Origin: Eremomyces bilateralis CBS 781.70
Taxonomy: Eukaryota
NCBI GenBank assembly: GCA_010015585.1
Contig: ML975149.1
Reading direction: 5' to 3' (one strand)
DNA length: 20,000 nucleotides
Under the pieces are notes generated by a model. It ran no database searches and was not told the origin of the DNA. It saw only the letters and a program-made list of their open reading frames with translations. Position 1 is the first letter of the stretch. Every line of letters begins with the position of its first letter. This document shows, piece after piece, positions 9,753 to 20,000 of this stretch. Both the position numbers and the translations under genes were made by a program.

Positions 9753-12055
9753 TTAAGTAGCGCCTCCATTCGCACCATCCCCAGCAAGGGAGTCGAGGAA
9801 ACCCAAGTCTATCCCTGATAGATTCCAATTCATGAACGGCCATTCTGCATCGGGAAGTTGCTCCAAAGACTGCAAAGTTTGTTCGACCCCGTCGAGGCTC
9901 AGTGCTGCTTCGTCAATCTGGGGATATACACCGTCGGTTGCTGTTGGTAACTCCTGACTCGGTACAGCTTCAGTGGGCAATACAGAAATATCATTCGCGG
10001 CTCGGTTGATAAATGATCCCACCTTAGAATGAAGCTGTTCAAGTGCGTCGATCAAGTCCGTAAGCCGTTCTCGAGGGGACATTTGGCCAAGGCATGACAT
10101 TGCCCTCCGATAGTATCTATCATGTGTATCGTAAGAACTCAAGTCGTGCAGTGTGGCTAAAGCTAGGATAAAGCAAGCGGTCTCAAGGAATAATTCGTGA
10201 TTGCAGAGTATCTGAGAGGATCCAAGTCAGTTGAGTTCCTGGAGACTTTCATGATAAAGAGTACCTCAGCCACTGGATGTAATGAGATAACAGTGTCCGC
10301 AAGGACAATGATGGATCGAGCAGCGTCAATGCAACGATCGCAAGCATCTTGCAAAGTCGAGTCGATGGTGAGCATGAGGGACTGGGTTGGTGTCAGGCTC
10401 TCTGAGTCCGTTTGACGTCTAAATTCAAGCGACAGGAGCAGGAAAGGCCTGAAAGTTAAACAGACGATATTGAAGTATTCTGGCATTTGTCAGTAAGAGC
10501 AGCCTAACCGTGTAAAAAGTCATACGTACCGTATGAGAGAACAACGTGCTGTACCAGATTTTCGCTGCTGTTGTGTTCTAGAGGCTTTCCGATAAATATT
10601 TCTAGATCTGATTCCAAAATTCGCCGGAGTGATTGCAAATCATGAAAAATCTTATAGGCCGTCTTGAGATCAGCGTTGATAGTGGTATGGCAACACCGAT
10701 AGAGTTTGTGTATTTCTTGCATCACTTCACACATTCTGAATAATGCCCAGGTGAATGTGCCGTGTTCCGGGATAGAAAAATCCATATCGCTTATCTGGAG
10801 CAATATGGGCCATCCAAATGTGAGAGAAACAAGGCTGCTAAAGTGTAAGCAACCCATTTTGCTGCCATGCGCCACAACTTTGACTTTAGCACCACTTACG
10901 TCTCGTAACAATACACGGACCAGAATGTACGGGTCGCTTCTGCGGACTTATGATGTGGTTGCCGATATGACGGGTCTAGTCGATGCAGTCCGGCTGCCAG
11001 TGACTTTTGTAGACTGCGGCCTAGAATGAGGTAGGCAACCTGTGGACTGCCCCAAATGAACTCACAATGAGCGTAAACAGTAGCTTGTCAGTTGGAGACG
11101 AGCATCAGGCGGGAGATTGACTTATCAGCAATAATTCTGTTTGGACGACCTCCATGTTGATGTCATAAAGTGATTTTTCTGATTCTTTTAATGCTTTCTC
11201 GAAGAGAATTTTCCTCCATCCGTCATGTTTGTAGCCTGCTCCAATCGCCAAAGTGGCAAGGACAAGTGCTTTTTCGGAGCTCCCGACAACATTCGATGGA
11301 TTTGGGTCATAGAGACGTAGGAGGAGAGGCTGCACAGTCTCAGCAGATACCAATGGAAAAAGGTGATGAACTGTCCTGAGATAGACGTCTTGAAAGCCTT
11401 TGGCAAGGTCGTACTGAAGGAATGCAACATCCGCATCTTGCGCACTGGGTATAGATCTGAAGGCTCTCTCGCGATAATTGAAAGCATCCAGACTCTCATT
11501 GTCATCATAGAACTGCCCCGGGCAAACCAATGGGCTTGAATCTCGAATACTTGGAAGTTCAAGGTGCGCATGAAGATGGCGGAGTAATGAAAAGCTAGAC
11601 AATGGACCGTACAAGAGTTCCGAAATGCACAGGGAGGAATCTCGAGAAACGTCTGTAACACGGATGCTGTTGAAAATATGCCTACGGGGGAGAGTTGATT
11701 GAATCTGTTCCATGCCGATCTCGTTCAATCCTGATGCTTGCTGTTCGATTGAAATACCGCTGGTGGTCGCATGGGATCTTGAATTCAGAGTTCCGTGTTC
11801 CAAGTCGGCATCTTCGGAGGTAACCTGGCGTGAATTTCTTGTTCTTGTAACCACCCGGTACCAGCATGTTGCACCGCGCCTTTGACAAGTGATGCATGGA
11901 CTCTCGCCACTGCAGCGCTGCTTTCTCCGACGACATTCTTCGCATGCTTTTGAGGTGTTCTTTGCATGAGACCCTATTATGTCTCATTCAGTCTACTCTG
12001 AAGCATCAGGTGATCTAGTAGACTTACTAGCGGCTTTGGTCATGATGGTGGCCAT
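9753..12055 (-). CDS. Zn(II)2Cys6 transcription factor with fungal-specific (Fungal_trans/MHR) domain, ~675 aa, 6 exons
   Basis: Exons 12055-12028, 11973-11126, 11072-10900, 10834-10530, 10479-10265, 10211-9753 (total 2028 nt, phases consistent). Zinc cluster ACEECRRRKQRCSGESPCITCQRRGATC is not shown in the ORF track. Middle-homology motifs YLRTVHHLFPLV, AAGLHR, RTFWSVYCYE, SLTFGWP and LTFRPFL. Intron 2 (11125-11073) is modelled as AT-AC. An alternative in-frame ATG lies at 12067. Confidence 0.87.
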
Positions 12056-12146
12056 GGTGTGTGTCATGGACCGTTAGGGGCTAATAATGGTGTCGGGATT
12101 ATAGATTCGGGGGAAATATCAAGATGTTGAACTTTTATTTCGCCAT

Positions 12147-12166
12147 CGGAATAAACATTATTTCCG
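12147..12166. promoter_or_regulatory. Inverted CGG half-site pair (CGGAATA-N5-TATTTCCG) upstream of the TF gene; candidate Zn2Cys6 site
   Basis: About 90-110 bp upstream of the TF ATG; same half-site as the cluster upstream of the ABC gene. Zn2Cys6 proteins typically bind CGG triplets. Confidence 0.45.
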
Positions 12167-12225
12167 ATGACGTGGTTGGGTGCCGGGCCATGTTCCGGTA
12201 GAGTAATTGATTGATTGGGTCGGCC

Positions 12226-12541
12226 CAGGGTGGCTATTTAGGCATTCCGGCTTTGTCTCCACTTTTGAGTGATTTGGCCTGGCTCATTTCCACTTTGTAC
12301 CATGGTTGTGTCTACCACCTTACCAAATCGCTTCCTCTTACCAGTGAGTTACCACTGCTATTTTCACAGTAGAAATATGGGATTGCGAGCAATTGATTAT
12401 CAGAAACCAAGAAGTTATGGTAGGCTAGAGGTGAAAACTGTTTGGCTTGTACCGGCTTGCAGGCCGAGTCAATTATAAGCCGTTAATTCAGGGTCCAAAT
12501 ACGGTTTTACACAAGCCGATCCGGCTTAAATAGCCACCCTG
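12226..12541. mobile_element. Non-autonomous MITE, probably hAT superfamily (316 bp)
   Basis: Perfect 15-bp TIRs CAGGGTGGCTATTTA (12226-12240) and TAAATAGCCACCCTG (12527-12541), 17/18 when extended. 8-bp direct repeat GGTCGGCC at 12218-12225 and 12546-12553. Internal CGGCTT/AAGCCG motifs, no convincing coding capacity. Confidence 0.75.
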
Positions 12542-13657
12542 CGACGGTCGGCCTACGTGGGGAACTAGCTGACTAATCTACATTGTATGAGGTCCATTGT
12601 CGATTTTTCTCTCTTGTCCTCCTTGTTTAGATCCAAGTGGCCGAGATGGCCAATACTGATGGTCCTCTAGGTTATCTACTACATATTGGGATTTGGGAAC
12701 GCTGTTCTTACTCGCGGCGCAGCGTTGCTTTGCGCTTGAGGACATCTCAGCATGTTGTCTGGATCTATCGTCGTGTGTCCAATCTGTTTGTCTCCGCGAA
12801 GGCCAGAGTCGCGTTAACCACCTCTGTATCCGGTTTCCATTTATCGATAGGCCCGTCCCTTTCTAGTTACGTATATGCTCCTAGAAGGTAGGCAATGTCA
12901 TCGTGCCTTCTTCCGACTTTGGCTCTCAAGGTTGCTCTTGGTGTATTCCACAACTCGTAAATGAGGAGAAAACGTTCCACCGTTTCCGTTTCTCCGCATT
13001 CGCATGACGACCCGGGAGCGCTTTATCGAGATGTTTGATTAACTTGCCAGTTACGCTTTTACGAAAGCTTCTTGTTTTTGGCGTTGATCTGTCTTACCGA
13101 GTTTCAGGGCCACTGTGGGCCGTCTGGGCTGATTCAACCGGTTTAGTGACTCGATGATAGCTTCCTCATGAAATTAGGTGAAATGACTTGTATTGCTTAT
13201 TCTAAGATGTAGAAGATAGGATTCCTTTTATGGTAGGAATTGTTATGATAACACATTTTCCTGTGTTCTCTTCCTTGACACTTCCAGTCATCCTCTTTTC
13301 CAACACTTCCGCCTCTAGGCTCCTGTCGTCGGTCACTTTAGCGTCGGTTAGGATTCTCTGCAAGGCGAGCGATGGGACCATCGGCGTTGTGACTACTATT
13401 TCAGCGCGGTCGGCATGCCGGGCAGCGATCCCGACCAGGGAATGCAGTGGCGGTTGGTGGTTCTGCATTTCTTGGTTGGTGATTCGTTTCGTGGAGATTC
13501 GGGGAATCCAGGGTGCCACCAAGAACGCTGGTTTGGTTTGTATCTTCCAAAGATCGATCTGCTGGAACGTTCTTTCGGTATGCTCTAGCGGGGACCGAGG
13601 GGCTTTATCTGTAGTTAGTGAGGATTCCGGTAGTTGAAAAGTGGTCCTTCACGTTCT

Positions 13658-13772
13658 TTCGGAAATAACGCTGGGCATTTCCGAACACTGGAAAGAGGGT
13701 CTGCTACTTGCCTCAACCCGACGTTCGGAAATATAGCGCCAGCTTTTCAACAGCCTGATGCTCCTATTTCCG
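13658..13772. promoter_or_regulatory. Cluster of four CGGAAAT half-sites in two inverted pairs upstream of the ABC transporter
   Basis: TTCGGAAAT(13658-13666)-N10-ATTTCCGAA(13677-13685); TTCGGAAATA (13724-13733) and TATTTCCG (13765-13772). TATA-like TATATA at 13936-13941. Confidence 0.55.
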
Positions 13773-14002
13773 CTCACAGCAGTGAACTTACTACGATCTG
13801 CATCAGTCAGCAGTGTCCTTCCAGGTCCAAGTGGAGACTATATGAGGACGCTGGCTTGAAGAACCTGATCGCGGATGCCACGACCCATCGGATTTATCAA
13901 AGATCGGAGAAACGGGAATAAACAAGCAGGAAGAGTATATAGGAGGCCCGGCATGGCTGAGTCTCTTGAGCTGTATGTTCTCATTCGTCTCGATTTTTGA
14001 AG

Positions 14003-17000
14003 ATGTCGGACCTAACATCATGGCAGGCTGGCCAAAGCAACCCCTCTGGAGGACCTTGGCCAGAGCAGGGCGAGAAGCAAGAAGACGGGTCTCGCTCGGA
14101 ACTAGAGTCATCAGAGGGGCACGACATCCCGTCCAGCTCACCCGACAATGATATCAAGAATGGAAGCTGCTGGACTGGTATCAAGAAGCGCTTGACGGTT
14201 ACCTTTAAGGATCTTTCTATCCTGGTAAATGAGCGCGGAACCGATTATTGCGAAACCTTCGCTTCACGGATCGATCCAAGAGGGATAATCAACGGCATAA
14301 AAGCCAGGAAGCTTCCTCAAAAGGTGAGTGACACAAGAGAGTCTCTTAGTTCTGCTGCTTACGCAAAGAAGCACATCCTTCATCAAGTCACCGGCCAGGT
14401 TCGGCCTGGAGAAATGGTATGTCATTGGTGTCCTTCATCACTGCTTCTGTCCTAATCATGCTGTAGTTGCTTGTTGTTGGTCGCCCGGGATCCGGCTGCA
14501 CCTCTCTACTTCGCATGCTAGCCAATGATCGCGCATCACTCAAGAGCATCCAAGGCGAAGTTCATTTTGGCAACGCGGACCATGTAGAAGCCAAGCAATT
14601 CCGGCATCAAATGATACTCAACAACGAGGATGACATTCACTTTCCCACGCTTTCTGTAGCTCAGACTCTGGAGTTTGCTCTGTGGACTAATGTACCTGAT
14701 TATCGACCAGACGAACTGAAGAAGATTAATCATTACACAAGCAACGCTTCGTCAGATATTCTTGGGTCTCTGGCAATTGGACATACGGCAGACACTCTGG
14801 TCGGGAACGAGTTTGTCAGGGGTGTTTCTGGTGGAGAAAGAAAGCGTGTCTCAATTGCCGAAGTCATGGCAGGGCAGGTAAGATCATCATCCTCTCTTGT
14901 CTTTTATCCCTGGCCAACTTAAATTGCGTAAAGGCACCCGTCCAGTGCTGGGATAATTCAACAAGAGGCCTTGATGCCAGCACAGCCTTGGATTTTGGTC
15001 GTACACTCCGCAGCTCTGCACAGAAGCAAGAGAAAACAGTCATTGCCTCATTCTATCAGACCGGTAATGCATTATATAACCTGTTCGACAAAGTTCTAGT
15101 ACTTTGCGAAGGAAGAGAGATCTACCACGGCCCGCGAGAACTTGCAAAATCATATTTTGAGGACATGGGCTTCATCTGTCCAAAAGGCGGCTCAGTGGCA
15201 GACTTCCTCACCGGGGCGGCGGTTCATACCGAACGCAAAATCAAACCTGGCTTCGAGAGCAGCGTTCCAAACACCGCAGATGAGTTTGAACAGAGGTTCA
15301 AACAAAGCAAGGTTTATATCGCCATGATCGAGGACATGGTCGATCCAGCGGCTCTGGAGTACGAAATTGAAGACTTGAAGCAGGCGATGACTCTAGAACG
15401 GCAAAAGTCGCCACTCTTCAGGCAGATTCATAGTGCCTATACGGTCAGTTTGTGGGATCAAACGATCGCTTGCGCTGTGAGGTCGGTCTATTCCAGCTCC
15501 ATATCATATTACTCTGCTGATGTACGACAGATCATTCCAGATCATGTGGGGAGACCGCTGGTCCCTCATAATGAAGGTTGTTTCCGCGCTTGTTCAAGCC
15601 CTGATGACTGGATCCTTGTTCTACAACCTTTCCACAACGAGCAGCTCTGTCTTCCTTCGACCAGGAGCACTCTTTTTTGGAATTCTATACTTCTGCTTGC
15701 AAATGCTTTCCGAAACCACAGCTTCTTTCATGGGCCGACCGATCATCTCTCGTCACAAACGCTTTGGCTTTTACCGACCTACCGCATACTGCATCGCTGC
15801 TGTGCTGGTTGACATTCCGATCGTCTTTACGCAAGTCACAATTTTTACCATTGTTTATTACTTCATGGTTCATTTCCAGGTCTCGGCAGCCAAGTTCTTC
15901 ACATACTGGGTTGTACTCAACGCTATCACGCTCTGCTTCGCGTCCCAGTACAGGGCAATCGGAGCTCTGTTCCGGCATTTTGGGAATGCATCCAAGGTTT
16001 CGGGGACAATTACAATGATCATGATGATTTACTCCGGTATGTGCACCTTCTACGGGCTGATCCCGAATGACGCTAAGTTTAAACTCCAGGTTATTTGATA
16101 CCATTTACGTCTATGCATGTATGGTTCCGTTGGATATTCTGGATCAATCCTGCTTCATATGCCTTCGAGTCACTCATGGGGAACGAATGGTCCGGCTTGC
16201 AGCTTTCCTGCCAGTCTCCACAGTATCTACCATACGGTGCCAGCTACGATAATGATCACTATCGGGCATGCAGTGTTATTGGATCCAACGGAAACACTAT
16301 CTCTGGAGACGCATATATCGCTTCCCAATACAACTTCTCCAGGTATCATGTTTGGAGAGGTTTTGGCGTCATAATCGGTTTCTGGATTTTCTTTGCTTGT
16401 CTTACTGCAATCGGCTTCGAAATGGCAGACAGCACCGGTGGCTCCGCTAAACTCTTATTCAAGCGCGGTAGCAATCCCAGCATTGACGGAGACGTACTTG
16501 ACGAAGAGAAGACGGTCGTCAGTACACAAACGACAGCGTCTACGGCAGGCCCTGCGACCGAAGAACTGAACAATTCCAGTCACCAATCGATTTTCACTTG
16601 GAAGGATCTTGACTACTTTGTCAACGTTCATGGGGACGAGAAACAACTTCTCCAGAAAATTTCGGGCTTCGCTAGGCCTGGTCAGCTAGTTGCTTTGATG
16701 GGCACATCTGGCGCTGGGAAGACAACGCTTATGGACGTCCTGGCTCAACGAAAGGATGCAGGGAGAATCGAAGGCTCTATTCATGTCAATGGAAAGCCAC
16801 AAGATATTACCTTTCAGAGGACCACCGGATACTGCGAGCAAATGGATGTCCACGAATCCACATCCACAGTTCGAGAGTCCCTGTTATTCTCAGCTCGATT
16901 GCGACAAGAGCACAGCATCCCGGATCAGGAGAAGGTAGACTACGTGGAGGAAATCATCGACCTTCTTGAGCTCCGCAAAATTAAAGACGCAATTGTTGGA

Positions 17001-18602
17001 GAACCTGGAGCTGGCCTCAATATCGAGCAACGGAAACGCCTGACTCTGGGTGTTGAGCTTGTCGCAAAGCCTCGACTTCTCTTCCTGGATGAGCCCACCA
17101 GTGGCTTAGACGGTCAGAGCGCATTCAACATTGTCCGGTTCATGCGAAAACTTGCAGACAGTGGACAGGTAGTAATTTGCACCGTTCATCAACCATCAGC
17201 AGCCCTTTTTGATGCCTTCGACTCCCTCTTGTTATTGGCTAAAGGTGGTCGAACCACGTATTTTGGCAAGACTGGAGAGAACTCGACACATTTACTGGAT
17301 TACTTTGCCAGGAATGGCGCAACGTGCGACCCCGATGCGAATCCAGCGGAGCATATCATTGATGTGGTTCAAGGTCGCAGTACCACAGGAAAGGACTGGG
17401 TTCAGATCTGGGAAGAATCACCTGAACGGCAGAATATGATGCAAGAACTTGAAAGCTTGGATAGAGAAGCTTTGCAGCACGCGCCCATTATTGATGAAGA
17501 AAGCCAACACGATCAGGTCCATGACTTTGCGACACCCATCCCATATCAGATTCGTCTGGTAACCATACGCCAGTCAATTGCCTTGTGGCGAAATCCAGAC
17601 TATGTTTGGAACAAGATTCACATGCATATTTTGCAGGCGCTCTTTGCTGGATTCACATTCTGGATGATTGGAGATGGTAGCTTCGACCTCCAACTTAGAC
17701 TAATGGCCGTTTTCAATTTCGTCTTCGTGGCACCAGGCATGATCAACCAGTTGCAACCTCTATTCTTGCGAAACAGAGACGTATTTGAGACCCGGGAGAA
17801 GAAGGTAGTCACCCGTCCGAATCACAAAATGGAACGCTTACTGATCCTCTACTGTAGTCCAAAACATACCACTGGCTCGCTTTCATTGTTGCTGAATGCG
17901 TCTCGGAAATTCCATGGTTGATCATCTGCGGCACGGTTTACTTCGCATGCTGGTACTTTACAGCAGGCTTCCCTGTACAAGCGTCAATATCGGGTCAAAT
18001 CTACGTACAAATGCTTCGTAAGAACTTCGGCGCGTCTAAACTGAGGTCTTGCTAACTCGATTCCAGTATACGAATTCCTCTATACTGCCATTGGCCAAGC
18101 CATTGCTACCTACTCTCCGAATGCCTACTTTGCCTCCCTCCTGAATCCTGTCATCATTGGAGCAGTTCTCATCAACTTCTGCGGCGTCGTAGTGCCATAC
18201 GATCAGATTGTCGTATTTTGGCGTTACTGGATCTACTATCTCAACCCCTTTAGTTATCTTGTGGGAGGGCTTCTCGCCGCTCTCCTATGGGATGTTCCAG
18301 TTAACTGCAAGGGAAGCGAGCTTACCGATATTCCTCTCCCTTCGGGACAGACCTGTGGGGAATACATGTCGGCGTTCCTGGGTAACAACGCCGGCTACAT
18401 TGTGGACGGCAACAGCACATCTTCCTGCCAGTATTGCCCTTACAAGGCTGGAGCAGAGTATGCCCAAACTTTTAATCTCAAGGCCAAATACTACGGCTGG
18501 AGAGACGTGGGTATCACAGCCCTCTTCTGTATTGCGTCGTATGGCTTGGTAGTTCTCATGATGAAGATTAGAACCAAGGCCACGAAGCGATCATCAGATT
18601 AG
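14003..18602 (+). CDS. Full-size PDR/ABCG multidrug ABC transporter (AtrB-like), ~1414 aa, 8 exons
   Basis: Exons 14003-14323, 14369-14416, 14467-14877, 14934-15481, 15531-16036, 16090-17804, 17858-18017, 18067-18602 (4245 nt; all GT-AG introns of 45-56 nt). NBD1 GRPGSGCT, VSGGERKRVSIAE, CWDNSTRGLDA; NBD2 GTSGAGKTT, LNIEQRKRLTLGVEL, FLDEPTSGLD. NBD-TMD-NBD-TMD topology with Cys-containing extracellular loops. Confidence 0.95.
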
Positions 18603-18769
18603 TTGATTTGGTGGAGGTTGAGGGCGACGTAATATGGCAATTTGTTGACAGCGAAGGATGTAGGAATTGTCGTCGACGGTCGGAGTGGGATTGTTTTGCA
18701 TCAGGAGTTTTATGGTTAACTAGGACATATCATAAGGGTTATCTCAGCAAGCTCAGACGGTATCCAAGA

Positions 18770-18850
18770 CGGATGGTCCTGCGCGTACACGTTAGGTATT
18801 CTACACGTACACGTCCCCGGCTTCTACACGTACCGTACACGTCCCCAAAT
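18770..18850. repeat. Array of five TACACGT motifs; candidate left terminus/TIR of the Mutator-like element
   Basis: TACACGT at 18786, 18802, 18808, 18825 and 18836, with the longer unit TTCTACACGTAC..ACGTCCCC present twice; ~430-500 bp upstream of the transposase ATG. Confidence 0.6.
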
Positions 18851-19277
18851 ATGGTTAGCCTACTAGTTTCTGTGACCACCAACTCGCTCAACGTGCAGCT
18901 GCAGAACTCGCGGAAATGGTGATAGAAGTATTAAATATCAACTGTCAGAGATCAGAATGTCTCCTGTCCTCCAATTTCCTATCCATGACCCCATATTCCT
19001 AACTATGACAACGCATCATGCATCCCGCGATGTTACCAGCCCCCCATTCTTTGCTTTTTCGCTCGTCTTGAGCAAGTCAAGGTCTCTAGGGCCATGAAAT
19101 GTATACAGAACTTAAATATGGACGTATTCCCGCAGTTTCTATACTCATTAGGATCAAGGTCAATCTATCTATGCTCTTTTGGAATCTAACGGTGTTTTCC
19201 CACTGTATCGCTGCAATGATCACCTGATTGAGCAAAACCGCCATTTATCTCACATCAACGCCAATCTTGTTCTAAAT

Positions 19278-20000
19278 ATGGCTCTCCGCCCAACTAATTC
19301 GCTGGGCCTAGTCCCGTATCTCGATCCGTCAGATTTTGATGGAAATGAGGAGGGAGGTGAGGAGGGAAGTGAGGAGGAAAGTGAGGCTGGAGATAGTGAT
19401 ATGGAGGAGAGCTTTGCGACTGCAGACGAGGAGATTAACGATGAGGTCGACCAAGATATAGAGGACTTACCTGACTCCTTCTTCAACGACTTCCTAAATA
19501 CGATACAGGAGGACTATATCAATCTTTCCGCCCCACCGGTCCAGCCTGATCAAGGCTGGAAAGATATCGACGATGCCTACCAATATCTCCTCCAATACGC
19601 GCGTGATCGGCGTTTCGGTATCCGTAGAGGTAAGACCTTTACGGATAAGTACTGGGATGAGAAGAATCGTGCCTGGTTCGAGTGCGATCGGTCCGGAAAA
19701 CCTCCCAAAATCTCGTCCTTAATCCGCAAGACTGGAAGCTCGAAAACCGGCTGTGGATGGGCGGTTAAGATCAAACTCGACCGTGATACGCGGCGTTGGG
19801 TTATTCATACCATGGTTCTAGGGCATAACCATAACGTTGTCTCCTCGGCATCAGCTCACCGCAGCCACCGCAAATTGACTGTGGAACAGAAGCAGGAAAT
19901 TGACAAGATGACAATGGCTGGATGTACGCCAAAACAGATCTATAACGCCATCCAATCCGGCACAGATTTGATCAGGAGAGATATATATAATCGACGCGAC
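19278..20000 (+). CDS. Mutator-like (MULE) transposase N-terminus with FAR1/WRKY-like DNA-binding domain, partial, runs off the window
   Basis: 241 open codons absent from the ORF track: acidic N-terminal tract, then AYQYLLQYARDRRFGIRRGK..FECDRSG..RKTGSSKTGCGWAVKI..WVI..HNH..SAHRSHR..AGCTPKQI..RDIYN, the C..C..HNH zinc-binding signature of FAR1/MULE transposases. Confidence 0.85.
   Translation, partial: MALRPTNSLGLVPYLDPSDFDGNEEGGEEGSEEESEAGDSDMEESFATADEEINDEVDQDIEDLPDSFFNDFLNTIQEDYINLSAPPVQPDQGWKDIDDAYQYLLQYARDRRFGIRRGKTFTDKYWDEKNRAWFECDRSGKPPKISSLIRKTGSSKTGCGWAVKIKLDRDTRRWVIHTMVLGHNHNVVSSASAHRSHRKLTVEQKQEIDKMTMAGCTPKQIYNAIQSGTDLIRRDIYNRRD

Larger units (their letters stand above)
18770..20000 (+). 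mobile_element. Mutator-like DNA transposon, left portion
   Basis: Repeat-rich candidate end plus transposase ORF. The exact boundary and TSD cannot be fixed because the right end is outside the window. Confidence 0.65.

Noticed and set aside
11073..11125. Bona fide U12-type intron
   Set aside because: The donor is ATAAGT rather than ATATCC and there is no TCCTTAAC branch site; the signals are U2-like.
19345..19410. GAGGAGGGA-type short repeats
   Set aside because: They simply encode the acidic low-complexity N-terminus of the transposase.

Overview
Filamentous-ascomycete genomic DNA (short ~50-nt introns with CTRAC branch sites) that looks like an accessory, transposon-rich region. From left to right: a decayed alpha/beta-hydrolase pseudogene; an intronless mitochondrial D-lactate dehydrogenase-like (DLD1-type) gene converging on a two-HKD phospholipase D-family gene; an 87-bp nested palindrome/direct-repeat block; a 5'-truncated, stop-containing NACHT-ankyrin (fungal NLR) remnant; a Zn2Cys6/Fungal_trans transcription factor divergently paired with a full-size PDR (AtrB-like) ABC transporter; and the left end plus transposase N-terminus of a Mutator-like element. 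Main observations: (1) the transcription factor gives its best intact model if intron 2 is a non-canonical AT-AC intron with U2-type signals (ATAAGT...CTGAC...TTTAC, 53 nt); (2) a 316-bp hAT-like MITE with 15-bp perfect TIRs and an 8-bp flanking duplication sits in the shared TF/ABC promoter; (3) CGGAAAT half-sites cluster at both ends of that promoter, suggesting an autoregulated TF-efflux pump module. All gene models were derived by hand from the sequence; no database searches were run.
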